The notes beneath the pieces are model-generated. The model saw nothing but the letters and a program-made list of their open reading frames with translations. It was not told the origin of the DNA and ran no database searches. A stretch of 64,000 bases of DNA from Pocillopora damicornis (Eukaryota), in NCBI RefSeq assembly GCF_003704095.1, contig NW_020845515.1:248001-312000 (forward strand). Direction: 5' to 3'. The stretch's first letter is position 1; every line of letters starts with the position of its first letter. A program made the translations under genes and the position numbers. Positions 62,914-64,000 of the stretch are shown one piece after another.

Positions 62914-64000
62914 GTAAGTTTGCTGTTCACTGAAGTCATCCATTCGGAATGGAAAAGTGATACGCTGCAGCCATAGACTTCGACCTGGGGCCACGGTGAT
63001 TGTGACGCTAGTTCTATTAAAAAAAGAAAAAAAATTATGAAAAAAAAAAAACCGAGAATGAAACAGTTACCATGGTGTGGTCATTTGCCTCAAATATTGC
63101 TTGATTGCTCAAATCTGGACAGGGATTTATACTTAACCGTAGGATTTGGAACGCAATAAGCAGAAGTGAAAAACACGATTTGTTACCGCAGTGCGCTCTC
63201 TCCTTTTGCATTTAAACTGTTTTATGCACAAAATTATTAAATTTTCTACATCGTGACATGCGTTTATTTGCGAACCGTTCCACTCTAGAGTGCGCTTTGC
63301 GGCTTGACCAAAATGAAAGAAGTTACAGGAAAAGATGGCTGGAAAGTTTAGGCCGAGTCTGACGTGCCTCTCCCAAGTATAAATATAGTGCTACTGCGAG
63401 TTGAACAAGGAGGCCACATGTTAAACTTAACAAGTTTAATATGCGGCTTTTTTTTACCCAAGAGAGAATCTGATTACCAACAACTGAAATAAGTATCTTG
63501 GCTGACTTTTGTCTTGGCCGCTCAACAGATAGTGTACTTTTGGGATGTGGCCGTAATGTCAAAATACAACTAGGATCAATGGCACGTTCCAGCCACAGAA
63601 TCCACAGTGAAATAAAAATACCAGCAACTCTAAGACGCCGTCGCTAAAAAACGTTGATTATTTTTTGTTTCTTCACTGCAATTTCAAAGTTGAACAACAA
63701 GGGTGTCGGTTTTTGTAAGCATATCCAGTATAAGGGAGAACTTATACAGCTCAGTGCATGTTCAAACCCATTCATTTTAGTGTTTCCTGTGATAATAAGG
63801 GGCAAAAANNNNNNNNNNNNNNNNNNNNNNNNNNNNNNNNNNNNNNNNNNNNNNNNNNNNNNNNNNNNNNNNNNNNNNNNNNNNNNNNNNNNNNNNNNNN
63901 NNNNNNNNCCCCCCCCCCCCCACCACCTCACGCTGGGAGTACGTAAGTAATGTTAGTCTATCGAAGGTTACGCCAGAATCTTCCTGGTATTACACGTGTG

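Overview
This is AT-rich, intron-containing animal genomic DNA from a draft scaffold with 11 N-gaps. The repeat content (Penelope-like 3' ends, tRNA-head SINEs, TTAA MITEs) and gene types point to a cnidarian, probably a stony coral; that assignment is inference. Exon chains were built by hand from GT-AG sites with reading-phase checks. From left to right: (1) the 5' part of a minus-strand OCA2/P-protein-like gene, with decayed Penelope fragments and hammerhead-ribozyme relics in an intron; (2) a head-to-head 225-aa TEX26-like/Mn-motif ciliary protein gene; (3) a ~17.6-kb CNBD2-like cyclic-nucleotide-binding gene with probable alternative first exons; (4) a secreted Ig-domain plus Asp-box protein gene; (5) three intronless rhodopsin-class GPCRs; (6) a complex inverted duplication carrying GPCR and phospholipase pseudogene pieces; (7) a cluster of at least three divergent ~800-aa multi-pass-membrane patatin/cPLA2-like phospholipase genes plus a pseudogene. 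Item 7 is the most interesting system: its motifs (SGGGxRSA, DYLSCVSGGGY, AMATSAAA, LSDGGHxENLG, FPQHSTxNQF) resemble an uncharacterised bacterial membrane-patatin family rather than animal PNPLA/cPLA2 enzymes. All family assignments come from motif recognition; no searches were run.
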